Source of the DNA: Clostridia bacterium
Lineage (GTDB): Bacteria > Bacillota > Clostridia > Oscillospirales > CAG-272
Reading direction: 5' to 3'
Length of the DNA stretch: 64,000 nucleotides
Assembly (NCBI GenBank): GCA_017453005.1
Contig: JAFTKY010000038.1
Coordinates: 4,086-68,085 of the forward strand
The notes below the pieces were generated by a model. The model was not told the origin of the DNA. It did not search any database and worked only from the letters and a program-made list of their open reading frames with translations. Both the position numbers and the translations under genes were made by a program. This document shows positions 44,078 to 52,530 of this stretch, piece after piece (position 1 is the first letter of the stretch; each line of letters opens with the position of its first letter).

Positions 44078-44212
44078 TGTTTTATACCTCCAAAATTAGA
44101 TACTTGTGATTTTGTCACGCCGTGCTGTTGCACAGCGACCAATATATTTACATTTCATTATATCATGTCTGAAAAAAATTGTCAATAGGACAGATACAGA
44201 ATTTATAAATTT

Positions 44213-44773
44213 TTATTGCTGTGAATGGACTTTTCGCGTGTCTATGACCTCGCCGTCAAGGCTCACGATGGAAAAGCTTCCGTCCTCGTAGAGCGCGTAT
44301 GAGCGCGCGTTTCCCCCTTTTGGCAGACTTACCGAGCCGGGATTGAGACAAAGAATACCGTCTTTTTCGGTAAATCCGAGCAGATGGGTGTGTCCGTAAA
44401 GAAAGACCGTGCCGCAGGGCAGGGGCGGGAGATTTTCGGGGTTATGCTTGTGCCCGTGGGACAGGTACATTGATATTTTGCACGCGTTATCGTATATCCA
44501 TGCGCACTCGTTCATAACGGGAAAGCACAGCACCATCTGGTCTACCTCCGCCTCGCAATTTCCTTTGATGCAAAAAAGCTTTTCGGGAATCCGGTTGAGC
44601 ATTTCTATAACCTTTTTTGGTGCGTAATTTTCGGGGAGGTCATTGCGCGGACCGTGATATAGAATATCCCCAAGTATGACTATTTTATCCACGCCGTTCG
44701 CCTCTGCCGCGTCGAGCATTTTTTTGCAGCAGACCGCGTCGCCGTGTATATCGGATGCTATCAGTAGTTTCAT
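44213..44773 (-). CDS. YfcE-type metallophosphoesterase (MJ0936 family), 186 aa
   Basis: MKLLIASDIHGD...., ILGDILYHGPRN, GNCD-like GNCEAEVD and GHTH motifs. Start moved to the ATG at 44773 (AAGGAG RBS) because the ORF-track extension reads into a family-A repeat. Confidence 0.8.
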   Translation of the reverse strand: MKLLIASDIHGDAVCCKKMLDAAEANGVDKIVILGDILYHGPRNDLPENYAPKKVIEMLNRIPEKLFCIKGNCEAEVDQMVLCFPVMNECAWIYDNACKISMYLSHGHKHNPENLPPLPCGTVFLYGHTHLLGFTEKDGILCLNPGSVSLPKGGNARSYALYEDGSFSIVSLDGEVIDTRKVHSQQ

Positions 44774-44788
44774 AAATATCTCCTTATA

Positions 44789-44976
44789 TAGCCTTCCCCT
44801 TGAGGGGAAGGCTAACTCTGCACTCTGCACTCTTCAAGCGCCATGCAGTAATCATGTATGGGGCTCTCCTCATCCACCGCTAAAGCGGTCCCCCTTCCCC
44901 ACAGGGGAAGGCTAACTCTGCACTCCTAACTCTGCACTCTGCACTTTATCCGCTCTGCACTTTATCCGCTCTGCAC
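44789..44976 (-). repeat. Composite family-A element with heptamer arrays, in minus orientation (follows the proA stop)
   Basis: The reverse complement reads: proA stop, (GTGCAGAGCGGATAAA)x2, heptamers, TAGCCTTCCCCtgtGGGGAAGGGGGACCGCtttaGCGGTGGATGAGGAGAGCCCCATACATGATTACTGCATGGCGCTTGAAGAGTGCAGAGTGCAGAGT, then TAGCCTTCCCCtcaaGGGGAAGGCTA. Confidence 0.9.
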
Positions 44977-46233
44977 TTATCTCGTCTGTCCGTTGCCGGT
45001 TATGAGATATTTCTGCGTCGTGAGGGCAATAAGACCCATAGGGCCGCGAGCGTGAAGCTTTTGTGTGGAGATGCCTATCTCTGCGCCAAAGCCAAACTCA
45101 CCGCCGTCGGTAAATCTCGTCGATGCGTTGACGTAAACTGCCGCCGCGTCTATCTGCTTGCGGAAAATATCGGCGTTTTTCTGAGAGTTCGTAATTATCG
45201 CCTCGCTGTGTCCCGTATTGTATTTGTTTATGTGAGTTATCGCTTCGCAAAGACCGTCAACTACCTTGACAGCGAGTATAAAATCGTCGTATTCCGTGGC
45301 GAAATCCTCCTCGGTGACAGCTTGTGCTGTGGGCAAAATTTCGCGCGTGCGCTCGCAACCGCGAATCTCGAGCGTGTACTTGTCAGATACGGCTTTTGCG
45401 AATTTGGGCAGAAATTCTGCCGCTACGGAGGAATGTACGAGCATTGTCTCTATCGCATTACAAACTGCGGGGCGGGAGCACTTTGCGTTTATCGCCACAC
45501 GCACCGCCATATCAAGGTCTGCCGTCTCGTCAACGTAAAGGTGGCAGTTGCCCGCACCCGTCTCAATGACGGGAACCTTCGCCCCCTCAACCACGGCGCG
45601 GATAAGACGTGCACTGCCTCGGGGAATAAGCACGTCGACAAGTCCGCGCATGGACATGAGCGCGTTTGCGGATTCGTGACCGACGCCCGGCTCAATAAAG
45701 CCAAGCACGTCGGGACAGACGCCGCAGGATTTGATCGCGTCCTTCATTACACGGATAAGCTCAAGGTTTGTATAAAGCGCCTCGCGTCCGCCGCGAAGCA
45801 CGACGGCATTTCCGGTTTTGAGGCACAAAGCCGCCGCATCTACCGTGACGTTGGGGCGCGCCTCGTAAATTATGGCAACGACGCCGAGCGGAACTCTCTC
45901 GCAGCATATTTCAAGACCGCCCTCGGTGGTGAACACCTCGCCCGAGCCGACGGGGTCGGGAAGGGATATGAGAGAGGACAGCGAGCTGCAAATGCCCAGA
46001 ATTCTCTGCTCGTTCAAAAGCAGTCTGTCAAGCATGGGCGCAGGAACGCCGTTGCTCTCGGCAAGAGACAGATCCTTTTTGTTTGCCTCGATGATGCTCT
46101 GGGTATTGCTTGAGAGAGACTTTGCAATTTCGGAGAGTATTTTGTTTTTCTCCCTTGCGTTCAGACACGCAAGGCTGACGGACGCCGCCTTTGCGTCCGC
46201 ACATATCTTTTGAACGGTCTCGTACGTTGTCAT
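44977..46233 (-). CDS. proA: Gamma-glutamyl phosphate reductase
   Basis: Aldehyde dehydrogenase-type ProA pattern (ILSEIA..L......I..AN..D......G......DRL.L...R, CNA.ETLLVH). GGAGG RBS before the ATG at 46233. No proB is adjacent. Confidence 0.9.
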   Translation of the reverse strand: MTTYETVQKICADAKAASVSLACLNAREKNKILSEIAKSLSSNTQSIIEANKKDLSLAESNGVPAPMLDRLLLNEQRILGICSSLSSLISLPDPVGSGEVFTTEGGLEICCERVPLGVVAIIYEARPNVTVDAAALCLKTGNAVVLRGGREALYTNLELIRVMKDAIKSCGVCPDVLGFIEPGVGHESANALMSMRGLVDVLIPRGSARLIRAVVEGAKVPVIETGAGNCHLYVDETADLDMAVRVAINAKCSRPAVCNAIETMLVHSSVAAEFLPKFAKAVSDKYTLEIRGCERTREILPTAQAVTEEDFATEYDDFILAVKVVDGLCEAITHINKYNTGHSEAIITNSQKNADIFRKQIDAAAVYVNASTRFTDGGEFGFGAEIGISTQKLHARGPMGLIALTTQKYLITGNGQTR

Positions 46234-46447
46234 ATTTCCGCCTCCAAAACTTTTTATGCCCCTATTATAGCACAAAAGAGCAGACATTTCAACAAGCTAA
46301 AGCAAATTTGTTTGGCGTATGAAAAAATTCTATATAAAGTTTTCAAAAAGTTTATATATAACACCCTTGTAAATTTCTGTTGGAAATGGTAGAATAAATA
46401 CAGAGGGGGGTATCCCTCAATTTTTTTCGGAGACGGCAGGCGGTATT

Positions 46448-47869
46448 ATGGTATTTTCAAGTATGTTTTTCATCCTCGTTTTTCTCGTTTTGTGCTACGG
46501 CGTATATCTGCTTGCCAAGACGATGAAGCAAAAAAACACGGTGCTTCTTGTAAGCTCGCTTATCTTTTACGCATGGGGCGGACCTGCCCTGTGCCTTTTA
46601 CTCTGCCTTGATACCTTTATCTGCTACATCGGCGCAAGGATAATTGACACCTGCCGCGACAGAAAGAGCCGTCTTGCATATACGTGGGTGACCGTGCTGA
46701 CCTGCCTTGCGATCCTTGTGCTTTTCAAATACACGGGCTTTTTTGCGGACAATTTCATAAGCCTTTTCGGGCTGGATCTGACCGCGCCCTCGATAGTTTT
46801 GCCCATAGGAATATCCTTTTACACGTTTCAGCTTATTTCCTACGTCATTGACGTATACAGAGCCGAGGTCAAAGCACAGAAAAAGTATTGGATGCTTCTG
46901 CTTTACGCGTCGCTTTTCCATCAGTGCATAGCAGGACCTATCGTGCGTTACGCGGACGTTGAGCGTGAGCTGGAGGGAAGAGACGCCACGCTCCCCGACG
47001 TCAGCCGCGGATTTACACGCTTCTCGGTGGGACTTGCGAAAAAAGCGGTGCTTGCAAACGGCTGTGCCGCAATAGCCGACACGCTTCTTGCGGGAGATAC
47101 GCTCGGCACGCAGTCCTCGTTTGGTATAATTCTCGGTGTTTTTGCATACGCGCTTCAGCTTTATCTTGATTTCTCGGCGTACTCCGACATGGCGATTGGC
47201 ATGGGACTTATGGTGGGCTTCCATTACAAGGAAAACTTCAATTACCCTTACGTGGCGCACTCGGTGACGGACTTCTGGCGACGCTGGCATATGTCGCTCT
47301 CGTCATTCTTCAGAGACTACGTCTACATACCTCTCGGAGGCAACAGAGTGTCCGTCCCAAAACATATTCTTAACCTCTTTATCGTCTGGGCACTGACGGG
47401 ATTTTGGCACGGCGCTTCGTGGAATTTCCTGCTTTGGGGAATATTCTATTTCGTATTCCTCGCACTTGAAAAGTTCGTGCTCAGATTTAAAAAGCAGCCC
47501 ACAGCCCTCACAAGAATACCGAGAACGCTTTACACGCTCACGGTTGTGTTCTTTGGCACGATGCTGTTTAGGTTTACGCGCCTTTCGGACTTTGGCAGAG
47601 CGTTTGTCGGTATTTTCGGTGGCAACGGGAACACGTTTATGAACATGCAGGCGCAGAGCCAATTCGTCGGAAATATATTCTTCCTTATAGTCTGCGTTCT
47701 GGCGTGCACGCCTATTGTTCCCGCAATATCGCGACTGCTCGAAAAAAATCCTCTTACCAAAAAGGTGGGGCTTGTCATATCGGCGGCAGCACCCGTGATA
47801 CTTATAGTCCTGTCGCTTCTCGCGCTTGCGGGTGACAGCTACAACCCCTTTATCTATTTCCAATTTTAA
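46448..47869 (+). CDS. MBOAT-family membrane O-acyltransferase (AlgI/DltB-like), 473 aa
   Basis: Polytopic; conserved FW.RWHMSLS.FFRDY.YIPLGGNR and the following FLLWG segment with the catalytic-type His (GFWHGASW). Confidence 0.88.
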   Translation: MVFSSMFFILVFLVLCYGVYLLAKTMKQKNTVLLVSSLIFYAWGGPALCLLLCLDTFICYIGARIIDTCRDRKSRLAYTWVTVLTCLAILVLFKYTGFFADNFISLFGLDLTAPSIVLPIGISFYTFQLISYVIDVYRAEVKAQKKYWMLLLYASLFHQCIAGPIVRYADVERELEGRDATLPDVSRGFTRFSVGLAKKAVLANGCAAIADTLLAGDTLGTQSSFGIILGVFAYALQLYLDFSAYSDMAIGMGLMVGFHYKENFNYPYVAHSVTDFWRRWHMSLSSFFRDYVYIPLGGNRVSVPKHILNLFIVWALTGFWHGASWNFLLWGIFYFVFLALEKFVLRFKKQPTALTRIPRTLYTLTVVFFGTMLFRFTRLSDFGRAFVGIFGGNGNTFMNMQAQSQFVGNIFFLIVCVLACTPIVPAISRLLEKNPLTKKVGLVISAAAPVILIVLSLLALAGDSYNPFIYFQF

Positions 47870-47872
47870 AGC

Positions 47873-49144
47873 ATGAAAGATATGAAAAATATATTTAACA
47901 AGGAAAACACGCGTGGGTTTGAGAATAAAACTCACCTGATAAAAATAATATCCTCGACGGCGGTGCTGTGTATTTTCGCGGTGGTTGGGCTGCTGTTCTT
48001 CTTCCGTCCCGACTATTCAGAGAACGAAAAGAGAAATCTCACCGAGTTCCCGAAATTTACGTTTGAAGCCTTTTTCTCGGGCGAGTATTTTTCACAGATA
48101 AGCCTGTGGTATTCGGACACGTATCCTCTGCGCGAGCCCATGATAGACGCCAATTCGTCTATTCAGTCCATATACGGCAACCGCGAGGACCAGCTTATAA
48201 TCCCCTCGGGCGGCGGTGACGCGACGGTTGAAAACGGCGGCGCGGTAGAGCAGTTTGGCGGCATCTGGATACAGAATGACACGAAGACCGCATACGAGAT
48301 ATTTTATAACAGAAAGTCGGTCAACGACAGATATATCGCCGCAATAAACGGCGCGGCGGACAAGCTCGGCGGAGCGCACGTATATAACATGGTCGTGCCG
48401 CTGCACTATACCTATAAGCTCACAAGCGAGCAGATAAGTCAGGTGGGCGCGTCGGACTGTGTGGACGTTGTAGACTATATATACTCGGGGCTTGACGATA
48501 GCGTCACGGCGGTGGATGCCCACAGTCAGCTCATGGCTCACAGAGACGAATACATCTACTACCGCACCGACCACCACTGGACGGCGAGAGGCGCGTATTA
48601 CGCGTACGTTGCGTTCTGTCAGGCGAAGGGAATTACCCCCACGCCCCTTGAGGAATACGAAAGGGTGGAGTTTGAGGGCTTCCTCGGCACGTTTTACGCG
48701 CAGTCGAACCAAAACAAGACGCTCAAGGACAACCCCGACTACGTTGAAGCCTTCGTTCCCAAGGGAACCAATCTGCTCTCGGCAGTTACACAGAGCGGTG
48801 ACGAGACCGAATACGCCGTAGTTTACAAGGGCGCGGGCAAATACAGCGCGGCGAATAAGTATCTTTGCTTTATCGGCGGCGACAATCCCGTCTCCGAGAT
48901 ACATAACGAAAAAATAAATAACGGCTCGTCCATAGTCGTGATAAAGGAGTCCTACGGAAACGCGTTCGTGCCTTTCCTCGTGGATTCGTACGAGTACGTT
49001 TATATAATCGACTATCGCTATTTTGACGGTAGCCTCGTTGATTTCGTGTCCGAAAATAAAATTGACGACGTTCTTTTTCTCAATTACATCTCTACCACCT
49101 CAACCGAAAGTAAAATAGGTCAGATAGAGGGAATTATAGAATAA
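47873..49144 (+). CDS. DHHW-family protein (AlgX/AlgJ-like SGNH-type partner of MBOAT), 423 aa
   Basis: N-terminal TM anchor and the name-giving motif YYRTDHHWTARGAYYAY. The start is 3 nt after the MBOAT stop. Confidence 0.8.
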   Translation: MKDMKNIFNKENTRGFENKTHLIKIISSTAVLCIFAVVGLLFFFRPDYSENEKRNLTEFPKFTFEAFFSGEYFSQISLWYSDTYPLREPMIDANSSIQSIYGNREDQLIIPSGGGDATVENGGAVEQFGGIWIQNDTKTAYEIFYNRKSVNDRYIAAINGAADKLGGAHVYNMVVPLHYTYKLTSEQISQVGASDCVDVVDYIYSGLDDSVTAVDAHSQLMAHRDEYIYYRTDHHWTARGAYYAYVAFCQAKGITPTPLEEYERVEFEGFLGTFYAQSNQNKTLKDNPDYVEAFVPKGTNLLSAVTQSGDETEYAVVYKGAGKYSAANKYLCFIGGDNPVSEIHNEKINNGSSIVVIKESYGNAFVPFLVDSYEYVYIIDYRYFDGSLVDFVSENKIDDVLFLNYISTTSTESKIGQIEGIIE

Positions 49145-49149
49145 AATTT

Positions 49150-49189
49150 GGCAGTAAGATAGTCTGCATGGCTATCTTACTGCCGATTT
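49150..49189. terminator. Bidirectional terminator between the DHHW gene and queT
   Basis: GGCAGTAAGATAG-(9 nt)-CTATCTTACTGCC followed by GATTTTT. Confidence 0.8.
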
Positions 49190-49747
49190 TTATTTGAGAT
49201 ATTTTTGATTTTTCTCTACTGCCGCGTACAGCAGCATGCCGAGTATTCCCGCGGATATGACCTCACCGAGGAAAACGGTCAATGCGTAGTAGGGAATGAG
49301 AGAGAGCGTCTGCTCGGAGGGCGCGGTGTAGCAGATATACACCACGAGGGGAACTACGACCGTGTTTGCAAGTACCGTCGGTATAGGCACGAGGCATTTA
49401 AAGAAAAAGCTTTTGATGTTTTTCTTTCTGATGACTGCGCCGATAAGATACGCGCCGACGGCTCCCGCGAGCGTTGCTACGGGACCGAGGGCAATGTCGA
49501 GCGCCGCCGCACCCGTGAGGACGTTTGCTAAAAGACAGCCCACGTAAAGCCCACCGACCGCCTCGGGAAAGAAGACGGGCAGGATACATAATGCCTCGGA
49601 AAAGCGCACCTGAATGGCGTTCTTGCCAAGTCCGAAGAGCATGGCAAGATAGGTGAGTGCGACGTACAGAGCCGCGATTATTCCCGCGCGGCAGAGACAG
49701 AGCACTCTTTTTTTGCTGTTGTTTTTCATGTTTTTTACACGCGTCAT
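49190..49747 (-). CDS. queT: QueT-family queuosine-precursor transporter (ECF S-component type), 185 aa
   Basis: Pattern ...IAALYVALTY......G..AIQVRFSEAL.ILP.F.P.A..GL..GC.LAN...G....DI..G..ATL.. plus an upstream preQ1 riboswitch. Start ATG 49747 or ATG 49729 is uncertain. Confidence 0.8.
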   Translation of the reverse strand: MTRVKNMKNNSKKRVLCLCRAGIIAALYVALTYLAMLFGLGKNAIQVRFSEALCILPVFFPEAVGGLYVGCLLANVLTGAAALDIALGPVATLAGAVGAYLIGAVIRKKNIKSFFFKCLVPIPTVLANTVVVPLVVYICYTAPSEQTLSLIPYYALTVFLGEVISAGILGMLLYAAVEKNQKYLK

Positions 49748-49785
49748 TCAAAAGTGACGCGCCCGACCTGCGCGACGGCAGGTCA

Positions 49786-49830
49786 GACTCCTTAGTTTTG
49801 TTTTACGTGAGGATGGTCACGAACTCACGT
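49786..49830 (-). promoter_or_regulatory. preQ1-I riboswitch aptamer upstream of queT
   Basis: Minus strand CGUGAG-UUCGUGACCAUC-CUCACG-UAAAACAAAACUAAGGAG: a 6-bp P1, a 12-nt loop starting UUC, and an A-rich tail ending CUAAGG. Compare B. subtilis AGAGGUUCUAGCUACACCCUCUAUAAAAAACUAA. A TATAAT -10 lies at 49836-49841. Confidence 0.75.
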
Positions 49831-49958
49831 TTTTTATTATATCGTAAGCGTACAAAAAAGCCTGTAACGCCTGCGGTATTAACTTATATTGCGGGCAAAT
49901 TAGCCTTCTCCGGTGGTGATTGTCTCACTTCGTTCAGTCCGAATTTGCAGGTAATTCC

Positions 49959-50026
49959 TAGCCTTCCCCTGTGGGGAAGGGGGACCGCTTTAGCGGTGGA
50001 TGAGGAGAGCCCCCTCTATGATGACC
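49959..50026 (+). repeat. Family-A double-hairpin element abutting the DUF559 stop (left arm of an inverted pair)
   Basis: TAGCCTTCCCCtgtGGGGAAGGGGGACCGCtttaGCGGTGGATGAGGAGAGCCCCCTCTATGATGACC. Confidence 0.9.
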
Positions 50027-50398
50027 TCACGTGTTGATATCACTCGGCTCTATCCTCAAATGCTTTAGTATATCCTCACAGACTGTATTAAATCTGCAAT
50101 TTATATCCTTGTTTGTGTACCTCAAAACTGTTATTCCTAAAAGTGTCAAGTCCCTGTCTCGTTCTATATCCGCTTGTCTGTGTTCGGGCTCTCCGTGTTG
50201 TGATCCGTCTATTTCTATAACAACCTGTCTGCCGGAAATGTAAAAGTCAACTATATAGTTACCTATATTCTTTTGTCTGTTTACCGTCAGTGGAAGCTTT
50301 TTCAGAAAATCATACCAAAGATGTTTTTCCTCGGGGGTCATTCCTTTTCGCAACAGTTGAGCGTTATGGACAAGGGATTTGTTGTAGTTGTATTTCAT
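50027..50398 (-). CDS. DUF559 / Vsr-like endonuclease-domain protein (123 aa)
   Basis: LRK.MT.EEK.LW..L......RQ..IG.YIVDFY......VIE.DG.QH......D..RD..L...G..VLR fits the DUF559 (restriction-endonuclease-like fold) pattern. Neither the ATG at 50398 nor the GTG at 50452 has a clear SD. Confidence 0.75.
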   Translation of the reverse strand: MKYNYNKSLVHNAQLLRKGMTPEEKHLWYDFLKKLPLTVNRQKNIGNYIVDFYISGRQVVIEIDGSQHGEPEHRQADIERDRDLTLLGITVLRYTNKDINCRFNTVCEDILKHLRIEPSDINT

Positions 50399-50432
50399 GG
50401 TTTTGTAATCAGTATATTTTTTGTAATCGGAT

Positions 50433-50520
50433 GTGGGGCTCTCCTCATCCACCGCAAGCGGTCCCCCTTCCCCGCAGGGGAAGGCTAACTCTGCACTCTA
50501 CATTCTTAACTCTGCACTGC
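50433..50520 (-). repeat. Family-A element plus heptamers in minus orientation (right arm of the inverted pair; also the 3' flank of folC)
   Basis: The reverse complement reads ...GCAGTGCAGAGTTAAGAATGTAGAGTGCAGAGT-TAGCCTTCCCCtgcGGGGAAGGGGGACCGCttGCGGTGGATGAGGAGAGCCCCAC. The folC stop TAA (50506-50508) lies inside the heptamer array. Confidence 0.9.
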
Positions 50521-52341
50521 ATCATATACCTCGCAGTACATATAAAGCGAGCCGAGACATATTACGGGCATGTTTTTCTCAAGTGCTGTGCGTCTTGCAA
50601 GATTTATGGCATCAGATACACTCTCGCAGGCGTGAGCCTCTACTCCAAGGCTCTCAAACACCGCCGCAAATTCACCTGCGGGCAGGGCTCTCGGATTGTC
50701 GGGCGTGACGGTGAATGCCATGCCGCCCACCTCGCTCATTCTTTGCGCCATGTAGGAATAATCCTTGTCCGCCATAACGCCTGTGACGAGAATTACCTTT
50801 TGCTCGGGGAAATAAAGCTTTACGCTTTCCACTGCCGCGTCAATTCCCTCGGGGTTGTGACCGCCGTCGGAGATTATTGTGGGGCTGTCGCACAGCCTCT
50901 CAAATCTTGCGTGCCAGACGACAGAGGACAAGCCATTATATATTGCTTCATTTGAAATGTCAAGTCCAAGACCCCGAAGAATGTCAACAGCCGTCAAGAC
51001 GTTGCAGGCGTTGTGCGGCTGGTATGAGCCGAGCAGGGGAATCTTTACGTTTTTATATGCTCCAAAGTCAAATTCCGAGCCGTCAAGACTTGTGCTTTTG
51101 AGCAGAAAAGAGCTTCTGTCTACCTCAAAATATTGAGATGCACACTCGTCTGCCTTTTCTTTTATGACCTTTGCCGCCTCCGCGTTGTCCGAACAGAACA
51201 GCACGGGTTGGGTTTTCTTTATTATCCCTGCCTTTTCACGTGCGATGTCGGGTATTGTGTTGCCGAGAAAAGCCGTGTGGTCAAAGGAAATGCCCGTAAT
51301 GACCGACAAAAGCGGGTCTTTTATGACGTTGGTAGAGTCAAGTCTGCCGCCCATACCGCATTCAAGCACGACGATATCACAGCCCTCGCGTGCAAAATAC
51401 TCAAATGCTATCGCGGTTATAAGCTCAAACTCGGTGGGGGCGTCCTCCATAGAGTCCGCAAGGGGCTTGACGTATTCCGTAATTTTTGCAAGGTCATCGT
51501 CGGGAATATCAACGCCGTTTATCTTCATGCGCTCGTTAAACCGAAGAACGAAGGGGGACGTATAAAGCCCGACCTTGTAGCCCGCGTGCTGCAAAATATT
51601 CGCCGTCATGGAGCAGAACGAGCCCTTGCCGTTAGTTCCCGCAACGTGAATGAACTTGAGCTTGTTTTGTGGGTTGCCCATCTTCTCAAGCAACTCCACC
51701 GTGCGCTCAAGTCCGGGGCGGGAGCCCTTCCAGCACACCGAATGAATGTATTCAAGCGCGCCCTCGTACGTCATTTTTTTGCGGTCGTCGCGCGTAGCCC
51801 TTTTCGGTATCATATTATCGATTTCCTTTACAAAAGCTGAATTTTTCATAAGAAGATAAATTATAACGCACTCAGCCGCGCCGACGAGAATATACGTCAG
51901 AAGTCTCCACAGTCCCGTCTCAATAAGCGGCAGCCCGTAAAACAGCCATAGCCCGACGGTCTTGATTATTACCGAGCCGAAAATGTGAGCGAGGGACACC
52001 GATAAAACAATGCTGAAACCGCTTTTCCTTTTAAACAAAAGGGAAACAAGACCTGATACAAGACCTATTACTCCCGCGCCGACGGTAATTATCGGGTTTA
52101 TTGCGTAGCCTACCATTATGCTTCCAAGCAGGTCTGCAACAACGCCCACAGCCGCTCCGACGATGGGCCCGAAGAATATACCCGACATGATTACGGGCAG
52201 ATTTTCAAAGCTTATGCGTATAGCGGGCGTGACGTTAAAGGCAAGATATTTGCCAAGAACGATGCTCATAGCCGCGAGAATAGACGCGCACGCCATGACC
52301 TTAAGACTGCCGAAAAGAAGCTTGCTTTTTGTTTTTTTCAT
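50506..52341 (-). CDS. folC: Fusion protein: folate-family ECF transporter S component (FolT, N-terminal ~175 aa) plus folylpolyglutamate synthase/dihydrofolate synthase (FolC), 611 aa
   Basis: N-terminal TM domain (IRISFENLPVIMSGIFFGPIVGAAVGVVADLLGS...). It continues in-frame, with no stop and no internal RBS, into MTYEGALEYIHS...HVAGTNGKGS (Mur-ligase P-loop). GGAGG RBS before the ATG at 52341. The ORF-track start at 52524 reads through the riboswitch. Confidence 0.8.
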   Translation of the reverse strand: MKKTKSKLLFGSLKVMACASILAAMSIVLGKYLAFNVTPAIRISFENLPVIMSGIFFGPIVGAAVGVVADLLGSIMVGYAINPIITVGAGVIGLVSGLVSLLFKRKSGFSIVLSVSLAHIFGSVIIKTVGLWLFYGLPLIETGLWRLLTYILVGAAECVIIYLLMKNSAFVKEIDNMIPKRATRDDRKKMTYEGALEYIHSVCWKGSRPGLERTVELLEKMGNPQNKLKFIHVAGTNGKGSFCSMTANILQHAGYKVGLYTSPFVLRFNERMKINGVDIPDDDLAKITEYVKPLADSMEDAPTEFELITAIAFEYFAREGCDIVVLECGMGGRLDSTNVIKDPLLSVITGISFDHTAFLGNTIPDIAREKAGIIKKTQPVLFCSDNAEAAKVIKEKADECASQYFEVDRSSFLLKSTSLDGSEFDFGAYKNVKIPLLGSYQPHNACNVLTAVDILRGLGLDISNEAIYNGLSSVVWHARFERLCDSPTIISDGGHNPEGIDAAVESVKLYFPEQKVILVTGVMADKDYSYMAQRMSEVGGMAFTVTPDNPRALPAGEFAAVFESLGVEAHACESVSDAINLARRTALEKNMPVICLGSLYMYCEVYDAVQS

Positions 52342-52403
52342 AAAAAATACCTCCTCTCGCCATAGGCAGAAAGAAGGTAAAATATGCCTTTTTTGAGCCG
52401 TAT

Positions 52404-52504
52404 GAAGCGGGATGCAAGACCGAGACCGCATTGGAAATTTCCAAAATTCGTCCGCAGGACAACTCCCCGTCCCTGCGGCACTACCGCCTCGAGCTTTACT
52501 CTTC
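52404..52504 (-). promoter_or_regulatory. THF (tetrahydrofolate) class I riboswitch
   Basis: Minus strand GAAGAGUAAAGCUCGAGGCGGUAGUGCCGCAGGGACGGGGAGUUGUCCUGCGGACGAAUUUUGGAAAUUUCCAAUGCGGUCUCGGUCUUGCAUCCCGCUUC. It shares the GAGAGUA...GGGA.G...ACGAA...GCGG...UUGCAUCCGCU(C)C framework and helices of the Eubacterium siraeum folT THF aptamer as I recall it. Confidence 0.82.
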
Positions 52505-52530
52505 AAATTTCGTGGTTTTTCCACAAGACC

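Noticed and set aside
45052-46113. 353-aa plus-strand ORF opposite proA
   Set aside because: A shadow ORF. proA on the minus strand has the conserved reductase pattern and a GGAGG RBS.
46598-48904. Long minus-strand ORFs opposite the MBOAT and DHHW genes (230, 210 and 270 aa). Similar antisense ORFs occur opposite yicC (23605-24330), folC (51133-51840), rsgA (33886-34629), trkA/trkH (14818-16205) and DUF1273 (60117-60653).
   Set aside because: All overlap confidently assigned genes on the other strand, are Arg/Cys/Val-rich, and lack RBSs. They are typical antisense open frames in a high-GC genome.
52342-52524. 61-codon N-terminal extension of the FolT-FolC ORF in the ORF track
   Set aside because: This stretch is the THF riboswitch and its expression platform. 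A GGAGG RBS and a signal-anchor-like N-terminus (MKKTKSKLL...) begin at 52341.
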